From Opitutales bacterium (GTDB lineage: Bacteria > Verrucomicrobiota > Verrucomicrobiia > Opitutales > PNEW01), in NCBI GenBank assembly GCA_965219535.1, contig CBDCNV010000002.1, forward strand, positions 240,001-272,000: a stretch of DNA of 32,000 nucleotides, written 5' to 3'. Each line of letters starts with the position of its first letter. Position 1 is the first letter of the stretch. A model generated the notes under the pieces. It was not told where the DNA came from. It saw nothing but the letters and a program-made list of their open reading frames with translations, and ran no database searches. This document shows positions 1 through 8,609 of the stretch, piece after piece. The position numbers were made by a program, and so were the translations under genes.

Positions 1-232
1 AATTTTCAAAACGAAGAATCGCGCGAATAATCTTACCCGCCTGGACCAGACCTTCGGTCGCCTCGTCGTGGCCACTCTCTATATCGAGGACTTCTTGCTG
101 GGCATCGCGCGCCTTGTACCAATCGTACTCATTTTCATAATAGCGCGCTCAATCCAGAGCATCGTTTATAAGGTATTCGCGCTTTAACTCTTTTGTCTTG
201 GCGATAGCATCTTTCGGGTCTGTGCGATCAGG
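1..232 (-). pseudogene. TPR-like coding remnant in the same frame as the 233..517 ORF; interrupted by in-frame TAA (233-235) and TGA (149-151); runs off the left edge
   Basis: My minus-strand translation reads ...AAYKV*PDRTDPKDAIAKTKELKREYLINDALD*ARYYENEYDWYKARDAQQEVLDIESGHDEATEGLVQAGKIIRAILRFEN. The helical-repeat-like composition persists through both stops. No start codon follows either stop. Confidence 0.35.
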
Positions 233-517
233 TTAAACTTTATAAGCCGCTTCATAATGCTTGATAGCCTCATCCCAAGACTTATCTTCGACCGCGCTTT
301 CCGCGTATTCTAATAATAGGTCGTATTTATTGTCCTTAATTGTTTTCGCGAGCCGGTATTTTCCCTGTTGCGCTTTAATCGACAGCGAGTCGATTTCAAA
401 TGCCTCCTCGTAGGCAACAAGAGCCTCATCGAAATTCCCTTTTTTCTCCTGTATTTTGGCCTTACTGAGGAGCGGATACACTTGGTCGATGGTCTGAGCA
501 CTGGTCAGGTTATTCAT
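233..517 (-). CDS. small TPR-like repeat protein
   Basis: The ORF track gives 233..523 with a TTG start. An ATG at 517 overlaps the upstream stop as ATGA (514-517). The sequence has TPR-like A/Y/E-rich helical pairs (GNFDEALVAYEEAFEID, KSWDEAIKHYEAAYK). Confidence 0.55.
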   Translation of the reverse strand: MNNLTSAQTIDQVYPLLSKAKIQEKKGNFDEALVAYEEAFEIDSLSIKAQQGKYRLAKTIKDNKYDLLLEYAESAVEDKSWDEAIKHYEAAYKV

Positions 518-1197
518 GGCCAATTCGTTGTCCGGTTGAAACCTGAGAATATCTTCAAATAGAGTGATGGTTGTATCTTTGTCACCTGAGGACAGCGCTT
601 TTTCCCCTTCAACTCCAATACCGACAATTTAGTGATAATCTTGTTTTTCATTGTACCAATACCGGCAGTAAAAGAATTTAATGCATCGTTGAATATCCCA
701 GCCTCATAAGCGTTTCGTCCTTCCTCACCATATTTCACCGCTATTTCAAATTCGAACGGGGCGAGCATGCGGATTTTTTCATTTTCTTCGATAAGAACGA
801 GAAATTCATCGTAACGGGTAGTTGCTTGCTCCTTGAGCGCTATGAGCGCTTTAAATTCCTCGATCAGTACCTTGATACGATCATATACTTCCATTGCCTG
901 AGGATAAGAACCGAAATCGATATATTTATCAGCCAATTCAAAGTCGTTTTCAATAACGAGGAGTTTGCGTAATAAGGTTTCATGTTCATCTGTGAGCTTT
1001 TTTACAATCTCAAGCGCACTGTTGGCTTCAACCTGAAACCGATCCACGCGTTCACGGCTGACGAACCGGTATTTCGTTCTTTCGGTGCTCAGGGGTGTAC
1101 TATCCAAAGCTTCCTGGGTGGCTTTGGTATCGTCATCCTGTAATGTTTCTTGCAAACCGGGAATGGGGATGAATAAAATTATCGCGATGGCGATCAA
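514..1197 (-). CDS. N-terminally membrane-anchored coiled-coil/TPR-like protein
   Basis: 227-aa ORF with a hydrophobic N-terminus (MIAIAIILFIPIPG) followed by a long charged helical region. Its stop is coupled to the next ORF by an ATGA overlap. Confidence 0.6.
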   Translation of the reverse strand: MIAIAIILFIPIPGLQETLQDDDTKATQEALDSTPLSTERTKYRFVSRERVDRFQVEANSALEIVKKLTDEHETLLRKLLVIENDFELADKYIDFGSYPQAMEVYDRIKVLIEEFKALIALKEQATTRYDEFLVLIEENEKIRMLAPFEFEIAVKYGEEGRNAYEAGIFNDALNSFTAGIGTMKNKIITKLSVLELKGKKRCPQVTKIQPSLYLKIFSGFNRTTNWP

Positions 1198-1484
1198 TAG
1201 ACCCCCACTAATGAAGATGATGGTTTTTTTGACTTTTTTTTCGGTTCTTTCTCCGGCGGAGAACCGCTAGTCTCTTCAGGGTTCCAATGAACGATCTTGC
1301 GACGTTTTACCCTACCTGTTCACTATCGTCACTCATCTCTCTATGCGATCAAATCCTCTTATTAGAGACACGCTTACCTGAATTATTTCAACCTAAATGT
1401 CTAATGATTATAATATTAAACAGTTTTTAGAATGCAATGTTTCGTTTTCTTTCCAAAAATTTACATTTATGAAAAGAAAACAAA

Positions 1485-2018
1485 GTCAAAAGGTCAAAAT
1501 GAGTAAATTTCGCCATTAATTATTAGGTATTTTATACCGATCAATAATTTAGATTATTCACTAAATACATCTATGACTTAATATAATTTATTATGAGCTC
1601 TGTAAAATCCTTCGAAGATCTAAGAATCTGGCAAGATTCACGAATATTAGTAGCAAATATATACACAGCATTTGGTACGAAAACACCAGCATCGCGTGAT
1701 TTTGGATTTAGAGATCAGGTGCAAAGAGCCAGTGTTTCTATCATGAATAATATTTCAGAGGGTTATGAAAGAAGGGGTAATACTGAATTCTATCGTTTCT
1801 TAACGATTGCTAAGGGTTCCTGCGGAGAGCTGAGAAACATGCTCTATATTGCTGAAGATCTTAAATATATAAATGAAAGCGACGCAGATAATTTTCGGAC
1901 TGCCAGTTTAAATATAATAAAAGGAATAGCCGCTCTAATGCGTCATTTAAAGAAAGGGGAATCCCAATCTAATAACACATCTACACCCTAATTGTCCCCA
2001 ACCTTTTGACTTTTTGAC
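1485..2018. repeat. 15-bp inverted repeat pair bracketing the four-helix-bundle gene cassette
   Basis: GTCAAAAGGTCAAAA at 1485-1499 matches the reverse complement of TTTTGACTTTTTGAC at 2004-2018 (GTCAAAAAGTCAAAA) at 14 of 15 positions. The bracketed DNA is visibly AT-rich compared with its neighbours. Confidence 0.6.
1593..1991 (+). CDS. four-helix-bundle protein (23S rRNA intervening-sequence protein / Avd-like family)
   Basis: 132 aa. The N-terminal FEDLRIWQ, then NISEGYERRGNTEFYRFLTIAKGSCGELRNMLYIA, are the hallmark motifs I recognise for this family. Confidence 0.85.
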   Translation: MSSVKSFEDLRIWQDSRILVANIYTAFGTKTPASRDFGFRDQVQRASVSIMNNISEGYERRGNTEFYRFLTIAKGSCGELRNMLYIAEDLKYINESDADNFRTASLNIIKGIAALMRHLKKGESQSNNTSTP

Positions 2019-2033
2019 GAAGGGGACTACGAA

Positions 2034-5000
2034 TCATCGTAGTCCTCCTTCCATCCTTATCCTCGGATCGAGCCACATGAGGAGAAGATCGCTGACCAGG
2101 GTGCCAAAAACTCCCAGCATGCTGAGAATCATGAGCATCGAACCGGCTAAATACATATCTTCGGTCATCAGGGCTTCCAGCATCATTGGGCCCACGGTGG
2201 GCAGGCTTAAGACCATCGCCACGATCGCGCCTCCCGATACGAGCTGCGGAAATAAAATACCTATTCCCGAGATAAAGGGATTAAGCGCGATCCGTACCGG
2301 GTATTTCAAAAGCAGTTTAAACGGCCTGACCCCTTTAGCAAACGCGGTAACTACATAAGGTTTCTTCAATTCATCGAGTAAATTGCCACGCATCACCCGG
2401 ATCATGCTTGCAGTTCCCGTAATCCCCAGGACCACGACCGGCATCCAGAGATGTTGCATCAGGTCAACCACCTTGCCCCGGGTCCATTCCGGTTGGGTCG
2501 CGTACTCGGGTGAAAATAATCCTGACATGGTGATACCGAAATAAACGCTGCTCCAGTACATGAGTAATAACGCGAGGAGAAAGCTGGGCACGCACATCCC
2601 GATAAACCCGAGAAGGGTGAAAAAGTAATCACCGATCGAATACTGGCGCACCGCTGAATAAATACCGATGGGCAGAGCTACGGCCCAGGTAAACAGAACG
2701 GAGCCCAGTGAAATCAAAAAAGTCAGGAGGATGCGGTCGCCCACCACTTCATTTACGGGCTTTCGGTTTTGCATGGAAAAACCCATGTGCCCCTGCAGGA
2801 GCCCCTGGTCCGCTGGATCAAATGAGAGGAACCAGGGTAAGCCGAGCCAGTGAATATACTGGTATATGATCGATTCATCGAGGGGAAAGAGCTCACGCAG
2901 TTGTTCGGCTTCGGTTATGGCCGTTTGATCGTTAGTTAATTCGGCTTGTAGTATTTTCAAATCTACAAAATTACCCGGGGGCAATTGGATAATGGTGAAG
3001 ACGATGATCGATATGACGAGCAGGGTAGGCACCATGATGAGAAAACGCCTCCCGACATAAGGATGCTTTACTCCGACAAGAACCAGTCCGACGGCGATAC
3101 AACCGTAACATAATAGACGGATTAACCGGCTGAGGATTTCACCACTACTGAGGTCAGCATGTAATCGGTCAGTTGAATAGGGCGATGGCGCGATATCTGC
3201 CACCTCTCGTTTGATCTGCGCTATTGCGCCGGGGGAATCCTTCGGGTTTTTAAAAAAGAAGGTTTCGAATCCGCTACTGGATGGACTCTTATAAAGTGAG
3301 GCATAGATGGCTTTACGCGGCACGTTTCTAAAATCTTTCTTAACGATCAACACGCTGGGAGGTGATGTTGCAATATTGATATTCCAAAGATTTTCCGCCG
3401 CAATGTCCTGGATTTTATTATAAATATTTACCTGCTCCTCAAATGTGAGCGCGCTGTAAGCGGCATCAAGCAATTCCATGGACCTTCTCAGGGGGTGACC
3501 GATCGGGGGCTCAATGCGACCGGGTTTTTTCGACTCGGGGTCGCCGTATAGACCGCCATTTTGGTACCAGAGCGTGTAGCCTGAAGCTTCAATGTTTCCC
3601 GGAGAAAAACGATCAATTGAAACTAATGGATGATACTCACCCTCAACACCCCAGATGTGAAAATCCAATTTGCGGGCGGGCCGTTCTGCATTGAGAAGAT
3701 TCATGGACCGTACTCTTTCAATGGTATTTATGCCGACCTTTTTCCAGTCTTCTGCGACAAAAGAGGAGGGGCCTTCGCTGAAATTGGGAACCATGTTTAA
3801 ATACCATGCCATGCGGGTGCCGTCTTTAAAGGTGCGGAAGCCCTCCGAATCACGCCCGGTGAGTCCAATTTCATCGAATAGTTGATTGGCGCGTTCGGGG
3901 TTGTACTCGATATAACTTTTTTTTAACTTCTCATTGTAAAAGGGAGATTCTATCCCCGGTGAATTCTGTGACGGTTCTCCATATCCATGGTAAACCGCAT
4001 CGATGATATGCTGGCGATTAATGGCGAGGGAGAGAGCTTGGCGAAAACGCTTGTCGTTGAGCAATTCCCATTTATTACGGGTCTTCGGATCATTGGGATC
4101 CACGTAGCGATTGAGATTGGGGTATAATGTCCAGTCGGAACAGCCCGAAGCATACCAGTGGTAGACATCATAGTTCCCAGCATCACGCTGTGACATAAAC
4201 AGAGTATAATGAAAATAGTAGATATTAAACCCCTGCATCGTAATAGCCCCATTGGCCGCGGCAATGGGGACCAGTCTTTCCGTTTTTACGTCCATCATGA
4301 AACGGTCGACATAGGGCAACTGATTTCCCTGGGTGTCGACGGCCCAGTAATAGGGGTTGCGCACATAAGCCTGGGGAGGATTGGCTTTGTAAGTGCGGTA
4401 GATCCAGGGCCAGATGCGGGGGTGCTCCGGGTTGTTGACCAGCTTTAAGGTAATATAAAGAGCATCACTTTTGGTTATTTTATTTACCCTCATCATGGCT
4501 TCGATAAGATCGCTGTTCCCAAGTATGGGATGATAGGACTCCAGGTAGTGGCGGGGTGAGAAAAATTCAACGGTCGGAGCCAGGCGCTCAAGCAGCAATG
4601 AGTGAGAGACTGGAAAAATAAATTTCACGGTGTGAGAATCTACCATGATGATCTCTCCCTTTTTACCTCCCACTTTCATAAAAGAAGGAAACCCGATGAT
4701 CTCGTCTTTTACTTCGTGCTCCCACCAGTAGAGAATATCACCTGCGGTGAAAGGATGCCCATCGGACCACTTCATTCCCTTGCGAATGTAAAACGTCCAC
4801 TCCTTTTTATCAGGAGTGACGTCCCAGCGCTTCGCTATATGAGGGACAATGGGATACCCCATTGGCGACCACCGCACCAGGCAGGATCCGGACATCCAGG
4901 AGTCAATCGCCGTCAGGGTTTGTGGGCTGTTTGTCACCATGTTCCAGGTGCCCCCGTAATTTCCGATACCGTCAACCCCCTCGATGACCACGGGTTCAGG

Positions 5001-5318
5001 TCCCACCCGTTCCGCGACGGGGGGCAGTTTTCTCTCTTTAACCAGTTCCGCTAGAATCGGTGACTCATTTTTCGGGTACCATGCAGCGGACGGTCCCTCC
5101 GAGTAATCGACATCCCGCTGCACCGCGAATTGATCCTCTTCACTGAAAGTAAAATCCCAAAGCGCTTCATGTTCCCGCATTTTTTCCGGGGGGTAAACAA
5201 TCGGTTCCACTTCCAGTTCCGGCTTGGTCACACCCCCTCCGAAATAATAAAGACAGAAAATGAAAAGACCTGTTATGAATAAAATAAGAAATTTCGGAAA
5301 AATTACTTTTTTATTCAT
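2034..5318 (-). CDS. fused ABC importer component: family-5 (peptide/nickel-type) substrate-binding domain plus DppB/OppB-like permease domain
   Basis: Uninterrupted 1094-aa ORF. It has an N-terminal TM anchor and a ~600-aa SBP-like region. From about residue 745 the sequence is permease-like, starting RRFLIMVPTLLVISIIVFTIIQLPPGNF and ending LNPFISGIGILFPQLVSGGAIVAMVLSLPTVGPMM. Confidence 0.9.
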   Translation of the reverse strand: MNKKVIFPKFLILFITGLFIFCLYYFGGGVTKPELEVEPIVYPPEKMREHEALWDFTFSEEDQFAVQRDVDYSEGPSAAWYPKNESPILAELVKERKLPPVAERVGPEPVVIEGVDGIGNYGGTWNMVTNSPQTLTAIDSWMSGSCLVRWSPMGYPIVPHIAKRWDVTPDKKEWTFYIRKGMKWSDGHPFTAGDILYWWEHEVKDEIIGFPSFMKVGGKKGEIIMVDSHTVKFIFPVSHSLLLERLAPTVEFFSPRHYLESYHPILGNSDLIEAMMRVNKITKSDALYITLKLVNNPEHPRIWPWIYRTYKANPPQAYVRNPYYWAVDTQGNQLPYVDRFMMDVKTERLVPIAAANGAITMQGFNIYYFHYTLFMSQRDAGNYDVYHWYASGCSDWTLYPNLNRYVDPNDPKTRNKWELLNDKRFRQALSLAINRQHIIDAVYHGYGEPSQNSPGIESPFYNEKLKKSYIEYNPERANQLFDEIGLTGRDSEGFRTFKDGTRMAWYLNMVPNFSEGPSSFVAEDWKKVGINTIERVRSMNLLNAERPARKLDFHIWGVEGEYHPLVSIDRFSPGNIEASGYTLWYQNGGLYGDPESKKPGRIEPPIGHPLRRSMELLDAAYSALTFEEQVNIYNKIQDIAAENLWNINIATSPPSVLIVKKDFRNVPRKAIYASLYKSPSSSGFETFFFKNPKDSPGAIAQIKREVADIAPSPYSTDRLHADLSSGEILSRLIRLLCYGCIAVGLVLVGVKHPYVGRRFLIMVPTLLVISIIVFTIIQLPPGNFVDLKILQAELTNDQTAITEAEQLRELFPLDESIIYQYIHWLGLPWFLSFDPADQGLLQGHMGFSMQNRKPVNEVVGDRILLTFLISLGSVLFTWAVALPIGIYSAVRQYSIGDYFFTLLGFIGMCVPSFLLALLLMYWSSVYFGITMSGLFSPEYATQPEWTRGKVVDLMQHLWMPVVVLGITGTASMIRVMRGNLLDELKKPYVVTAFAKGVRPFKLLLKYPVRIALNPFISGIGILFPQLVSGGAIVAMVLSLPTVGPMMLEALMTEDMYLAGSMLMILSMLGVFGTLVSDLLLMWLDPRIRMEGGLR

Positions 5319-5863
5319 GGCACTTAATAATGCTAAAATTCCTGGTAAATGAGGAGAAAAGAATTATAGCCACAAGATGTACAAAAGGCACAAGATTTTA
5401 AACCACGAATTAAGACGAATATTTTTTAAAAGAGAAAAAATAGAGGCATAGCGTTCCACCTGATCTATCTCTTCCGCTTGCCACGCCATCCTGTCTGGCT
5501 ATAACCCTAGCGACGGATGAAGCTAGCTATGGCATAGGTGAGTTCTCACCCATTTTCTTGTTTCCCCACTTTCGACCTTCGGCTCCATCCTATTTCCCGT
5601 TCTTCCCGGACTTCCTGTAAATTTTTTTCTCTTAATCTCTATTCTGTGAAATTTGCCTACAGCCATAGCCTCGACGTCGGCTGGTGCCATATGTGGCTAT
5701 CCATTTCTTCTCGTTAGCTCCAGCTTCTTGTAAAATCTAATGCTTTCGACTTTTGAATTTCGACTTTCGGCTCCCTCGTACAATCATTTTTTGCATATAT
5801 GCGAATTAATACTTATTTAAATGATTTTTATTCTAAATATCATTAAAGCAAAGAAGGAGAACT

Positions 5864-6061
5864 ATGAAGGGATGTCTTGAAAAATTAGGTACAATTGGGG
5901 GTTATGTTGGTGCAATCATTTGTATAGCAGCAGTCATTGGACGTTTTTATGGCCACCCAACATTTTTGAGTTTCAATGCCACACATGTCTTTATCGGTGG
6001 TGTCGGAATTATCGCATTTACCCGCTGGGCCAAACTCGAAGCCGGTTCAGCGAAAGAATAA
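5864..6061 (+). CDS. small two-TM membrane protein, unknown function
   Basis: A strong SD (AAGGAG) lies 5-6 nt before the ATG. There are two hydrophobic segments (YVGAIICIAAVIG, VFIGGVGIIAF). A hairpin follows the gene. Confidence 0.55.
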   Translation: MKGCLEKLGTIGGYVGAIICIAAVIGRFYGHPTFLSFNATHVFIGGVGIIAFTRWAKLEAGSAKE

Positions 6062-6074
6062 TCAGTCAAAAGAA

Positions 6075-6105
6075 AGAAAATCTTTGGATTTTCTGTGTTT
6101 AGTTT
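6075..6105 (+). terminator. putative intrinsic terminator after the small membrane protein gene
   Basis: AGAAAATC-TTTG-GATTTTCT stem-loop (6075-6094) followed by a T-rich stretch, GTGTTTAGTTTT. Confidence 0.5.
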
Positions 6106-6137
6106 TAGGTGTTAGGTTTTAGGTAATTGACTTAAAA

Positions 6138-7514
6138 CGGTACAACCAGGACATGGTTTACAGATTTAGATCAAGACATGGTTTACACTTTGTGAGGGAT
6201 GCTGAACGGTAATCGGGTTATATAGTTAAGTTAATGTTATGCGGTTTTAGAGGTTTGGCTGGCATTGTTGGGGCCGCAAGCGGCCCCAATGAAAGCAGCC
6301 GTTGAAAGGTCAATCTGACCGATTCTGAGAGTGGCAAAGTAAACATCGAAGTGTACCGTGTCTAGTGGTTTTAGTCCAACGCTCCAACCGGCGAGGGCGG
6401 TGGAGATAGGAATCTGGAAGCCATCGAGTTTGATAGACCCGCTTTTTGAGACCCGGCGAGTCATCAAATCATAGCTGATATCGGCAGGAGTGCCACCGTA
6501 AGGATGAGAGCTGTGCTGATAGATTTCAGAGGGCGTGCTCATGGCAAGAGCCGCATGGGGGCGTTCTTCATTGAAGGTCTTGCGCCACAGATCGAAGGCC
6601 ACCTGTTGGGTGCGAAGATCGTCCTGGGCATGTTTTTGCAACTCCTCTTTGATATCGCGATGGAGACGCTCATGGGCACCGTTATCCTGGGGTTTACCCG
6701 GACGTCCACGCTCGAGATTGATCCCTAAGGCCAGCCACCAGGCCGCCAGTTTGCTCAGGCCCAGGACCGCATTGGCACTGGCAAAGGGACTGCCGTTGTC
6801 GCTGCGGATGCAAGCGGGAAGTCCATAGCGTTCAAAGAGTTTTGTGAAGCATTCACGCACCGCTTCGCTACGGGCTGAACTGAGCACCCGCACCTCTAAT
6901 ACATAGCGGCTCCATTCATCCCGTACCGTCAAAGGTTCACAACGGTTGCCATCAACGGTGTGCCACCACCCTTTGAAGTCTACGCTCCACACTTCGTTAC
7001 AGCCACTGGCCTTGACGCTGCGGTAAAGGCGTCCGCTTTTTTGAGCGCTTCTGCGCCGACGCTTTTGCACCAGTCCCGCACGTTCCAAGACCCGTTTCAC
7101 GCTCGAGTCTGAGGGGGCCTTCCCGTAACGCCTCTGGTAAAGCTCGCGGATCTTGTAGGGGCCCCACGTCGGGTGATGATGCTTGAGTTTGATCAGCGTA
7201 CATACTACTGATTCGGATAGTTCCTGAACACTTCCATGCGGTCGGCGTGAGCGCTCGTGCAACCCCTCCATCCCTTCGCTCAGGAAGCGCTTCTTCCATT
7301 TATACCCTGTCGGTCGGCTGATCCCGTAGTCTTCACACAGCTCGTTCATCTTTACTCCCGGTTGCATCGATTCCAGGGCGAATTGGTATCTTTGGTCCAT
7401 TTTATTTGTTTCCTTCCATGACATCATACCCCTTACTTAGCATCCTTCTTTCTTTGGCAATCTGTAAAGGATGTCCTGAACCTTTTGTGTAAAGAATGTC
7501 TTGAACCTATACCG
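6138..7514 (-). mobile_element. IS481-family-like insertion sequence, apparently intact
   Basis: The ends are CGGTACAACCAGGACATGGTTTACA (6138-6162) and the reverse complement of TGTAAAGAATGTCTTGAACCTATACCG (7488-7514). Each end carries two copies of a TGTAAAnnATGTCyTG-type repeat (6147-6162 and 6172-6187; 7463-7482 and 7488-7507). GC content is visibly higher than the flanks. Confidence 0.7.
6237..7427 (-). CDS. DDE transposase (N-terminal HTH plus rve/integrase core), IS481-like
   Basis: 396 aa. HTH-like YGISRPTGYKWKKRF; core VWSVDFKG...IRSDNGSPF...GKPQDNGAHERLHRDIK...FNEERPH. Confidence 0.9.
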   Translation of the reverse strand: MMSWKETNKMDQRYQFALESMQPGVKMNELCEDYGISRPTGYKWKKRFLSEGMEGLHERSRRPHGSVQELSESVVCTLIKLKHHHPTWGPYKIRELYQRRYGKAPSDSSVKRVLERAGLVQKRRRRSAQKSGRLYRSVKASGCNEVWSVDFKGWWHTVDGNRCEPLTVRDEWSRYVLEVRVLSSARSEAVRECFTKLFERYGLPACIRSDNGSPFASANAVLGLSKLAAWWLALGINLERGRPGKPQDNGAHERLHRDIKEELQKHAQDDLRTQQVAFDLWRKTFNEERPHAALAMSTPSEIYQHSSHPYGGTPADISYDLMTRRVSKSGSIKLDGFQIPISTALAGWSVGLKPLDTVHFDVYFATLRIGQIDLSTAAFIGAACGPNNASQTSKTA

Positions 7515-7909
7515 ATTGAATTTACCCTCTCCTTTGACTTATAGCATTGTCACCTAAAACTCATGCGAGGTTTTAGTCTTGGTCGTGACCACGGAAACTG
7601 GGACAGTTGAAAAGTTAGTCTGGGTAACCTAAAAAGGACTCAGACAATGAAAGGCAAAAGATACACGACCGAAGAGAAGATAAGGATGCTGCGCCAGGCA
7701 GACAAAGGGAAAACGATCCTGGAAGCATGCCGCGAGAACAACATAAGCGAACAGAGCTTCCACCGCTGGAAGCGTGAGTTTGGGATGATTGATGTCAACC
7801 AAGCCAAGCGGATGAAGGAGCTCGAGAAGGAGAACGCGCGGCTAAAACGGATGCTCGCAGACAAGCTGCTGGGGATAGAGATTGTGCAGGAGACCCTCGA
7901 AAAAAATGG

Positions 7910-7932
7910 AAGATGTCGCTTACGCTCGGTAG
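7910..7932 (+). repeat. 23-nt micro-insertion (GAAGATGTCGCTTACGCTCGGTA type)
   Basis: It is absent from the homologous site in copy B (aaaaaaatgg^tgagc versus aaaaaaatgg[23 nt]taagc). The boundary is ambiguous by 1 nt. Confidence 0.7.
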
Positions 7933-8363
7933 TAAGCGCTGGGCACAAGCGGCAAGTGGCAAAGAGCCTTGTGGCTGAGGGCCAGTGTACGATGCGTGCA
8001 GCGTGCCGATACTTTCACCTGCACCGTTGCCCCTATGCGTATCGGGCCAAGCATCCGGATGCTTGGCTAACGAAACTGAAGGGGGCAGTAAGACGGTTAT
8101 CACGGCAATACGCCAGTTGGGGCTATCCGAAGATCACGAAGTTATTCAAGCACGAAGGCTGGCAAGTAGGTAAACGGCTCGTACAAGGTCTGCGAGGTGA
8201 ACTGGGCCTAGCGATGACCCCACGCAAACGAAGACGCCGGCGCCGGGGTGTCTGCACCGGGCAGCAGAGGAAGGGCGAAGATACCGGCCAGGTTTGGAGC
8301 TGGGATTTTATCCGCGATAAGATGGTTGGCGGTGGCAGTTTAAAATGCTGCCCGTGCTCGATG

Positions 8364-8408
8364 TACCGAGGAGCTGAAAGCGACGACACTCGAGCGAAGC
8401 GAAGACAT
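8364..8408 (+). repeat. 45-nt micro-insertion in OrfB of IS3 copy A
   Basis: TACCGAGGAGCTGAAAGCGACGACACTCGAGCGAAGCGAAGACAT. It is 44/45 identical to 10873-10917. Removing it restores LD-DPREC. Confidence 0.75.
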
Positions 8409-8534
8409 ACCCCCGCGAGTGTCGTGTGATCCATGTTGATCGCTATAGCAATGAGGAAACGGAGCGCGGTATCATGCAAAAACTGATCGACCGGCATGGG
8501 CCTCCACAATATATGAGTAGCGACAATGGATCGG

Positions 8535-8565
8535 TTCCGAGGAGCGAAGCGACGACATGCGAAGC
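8535..8565 (+). repeat. about 31-nt related micro-insertion in OrfB of copy A (boundaries uncertain)
   Basis: TTCCGAGGAGCGAAGCGACGACATGCGAAGC interrupts SDNGS|..|FIQSELRASLAAMKIKTLYIQP. The downstream transposase frame is shifted. Confidence 0.5.
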
Positions 8566-8609
8566 CATTTATTCAAAGCGAATTGCGAGCTTCGCTGGCT
8601 GCGATGAAA

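Larger units (their letters stand above)
7647..8429 (+). pseudogene. IS3 copy A transposase, decayed (OrfA fused to OrfB, then frameshifted and interrupted)
   Basis: An A7 slippery run lies at 7900-7906. A 23-nt insertion at 7910-7932 puts OrfB in the OrfA frame. Compared with copy B, 1 nt is missing near 8343-8346 (LK-MLPVLD). It also carries a 45-nt insertion (8364-8408) and a further insertion of about 31 nt. Confidence 0.75.
7586..8609 (+). mobile_element. IS3-family element copy A, 5' portion (split by an IS481-like insertion)
   Basis: It starts with TGACC, like copy B. It encodes OrfA (MKGKRYTTEEKIRMLRQ...) and the N-terminal half of OrfB. It ends at the GATGAAA target duplication. Confidence 0.75.

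Noticed and set aside
1593-1991. Diversity-generating retroelement, suggested by the Avd-like protein
   Set aside because: No reverse transcriptase ORF and no template/variable repeat pair is visible anywhere in the window.
2014-5054. Plus-strand and alternate-frame ORFs inside the fused ABC gene (2014..2358, 2668..2853, 3670..3885, 3950..4264, 4209..4448, 4602..5054)
   Set aside because: They are shadow ORFs of a long, well-supported minus-strand CDS. Their composition is low-complexity and Arg/Ser/Pro-rich, typical of antisense frames.
5363-5393. Sigma70-type promoter for the fused ABC gene (minus-strand TATAAT at 5363-5368, TTGTGC at 5388-5393)
   Set aside because: The spacer is 19 nt and the -35 match is weak. 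This is not strong enough to report as a feature.
7640-8509. Minus-strand ORFs 7640..7948, 7795..8103 and 8123..8509 inside IS3 copy A
   Set aside because: They are antisense to recognisable transposase sequence, and their composition is Arg/Ser/Pro-rich.
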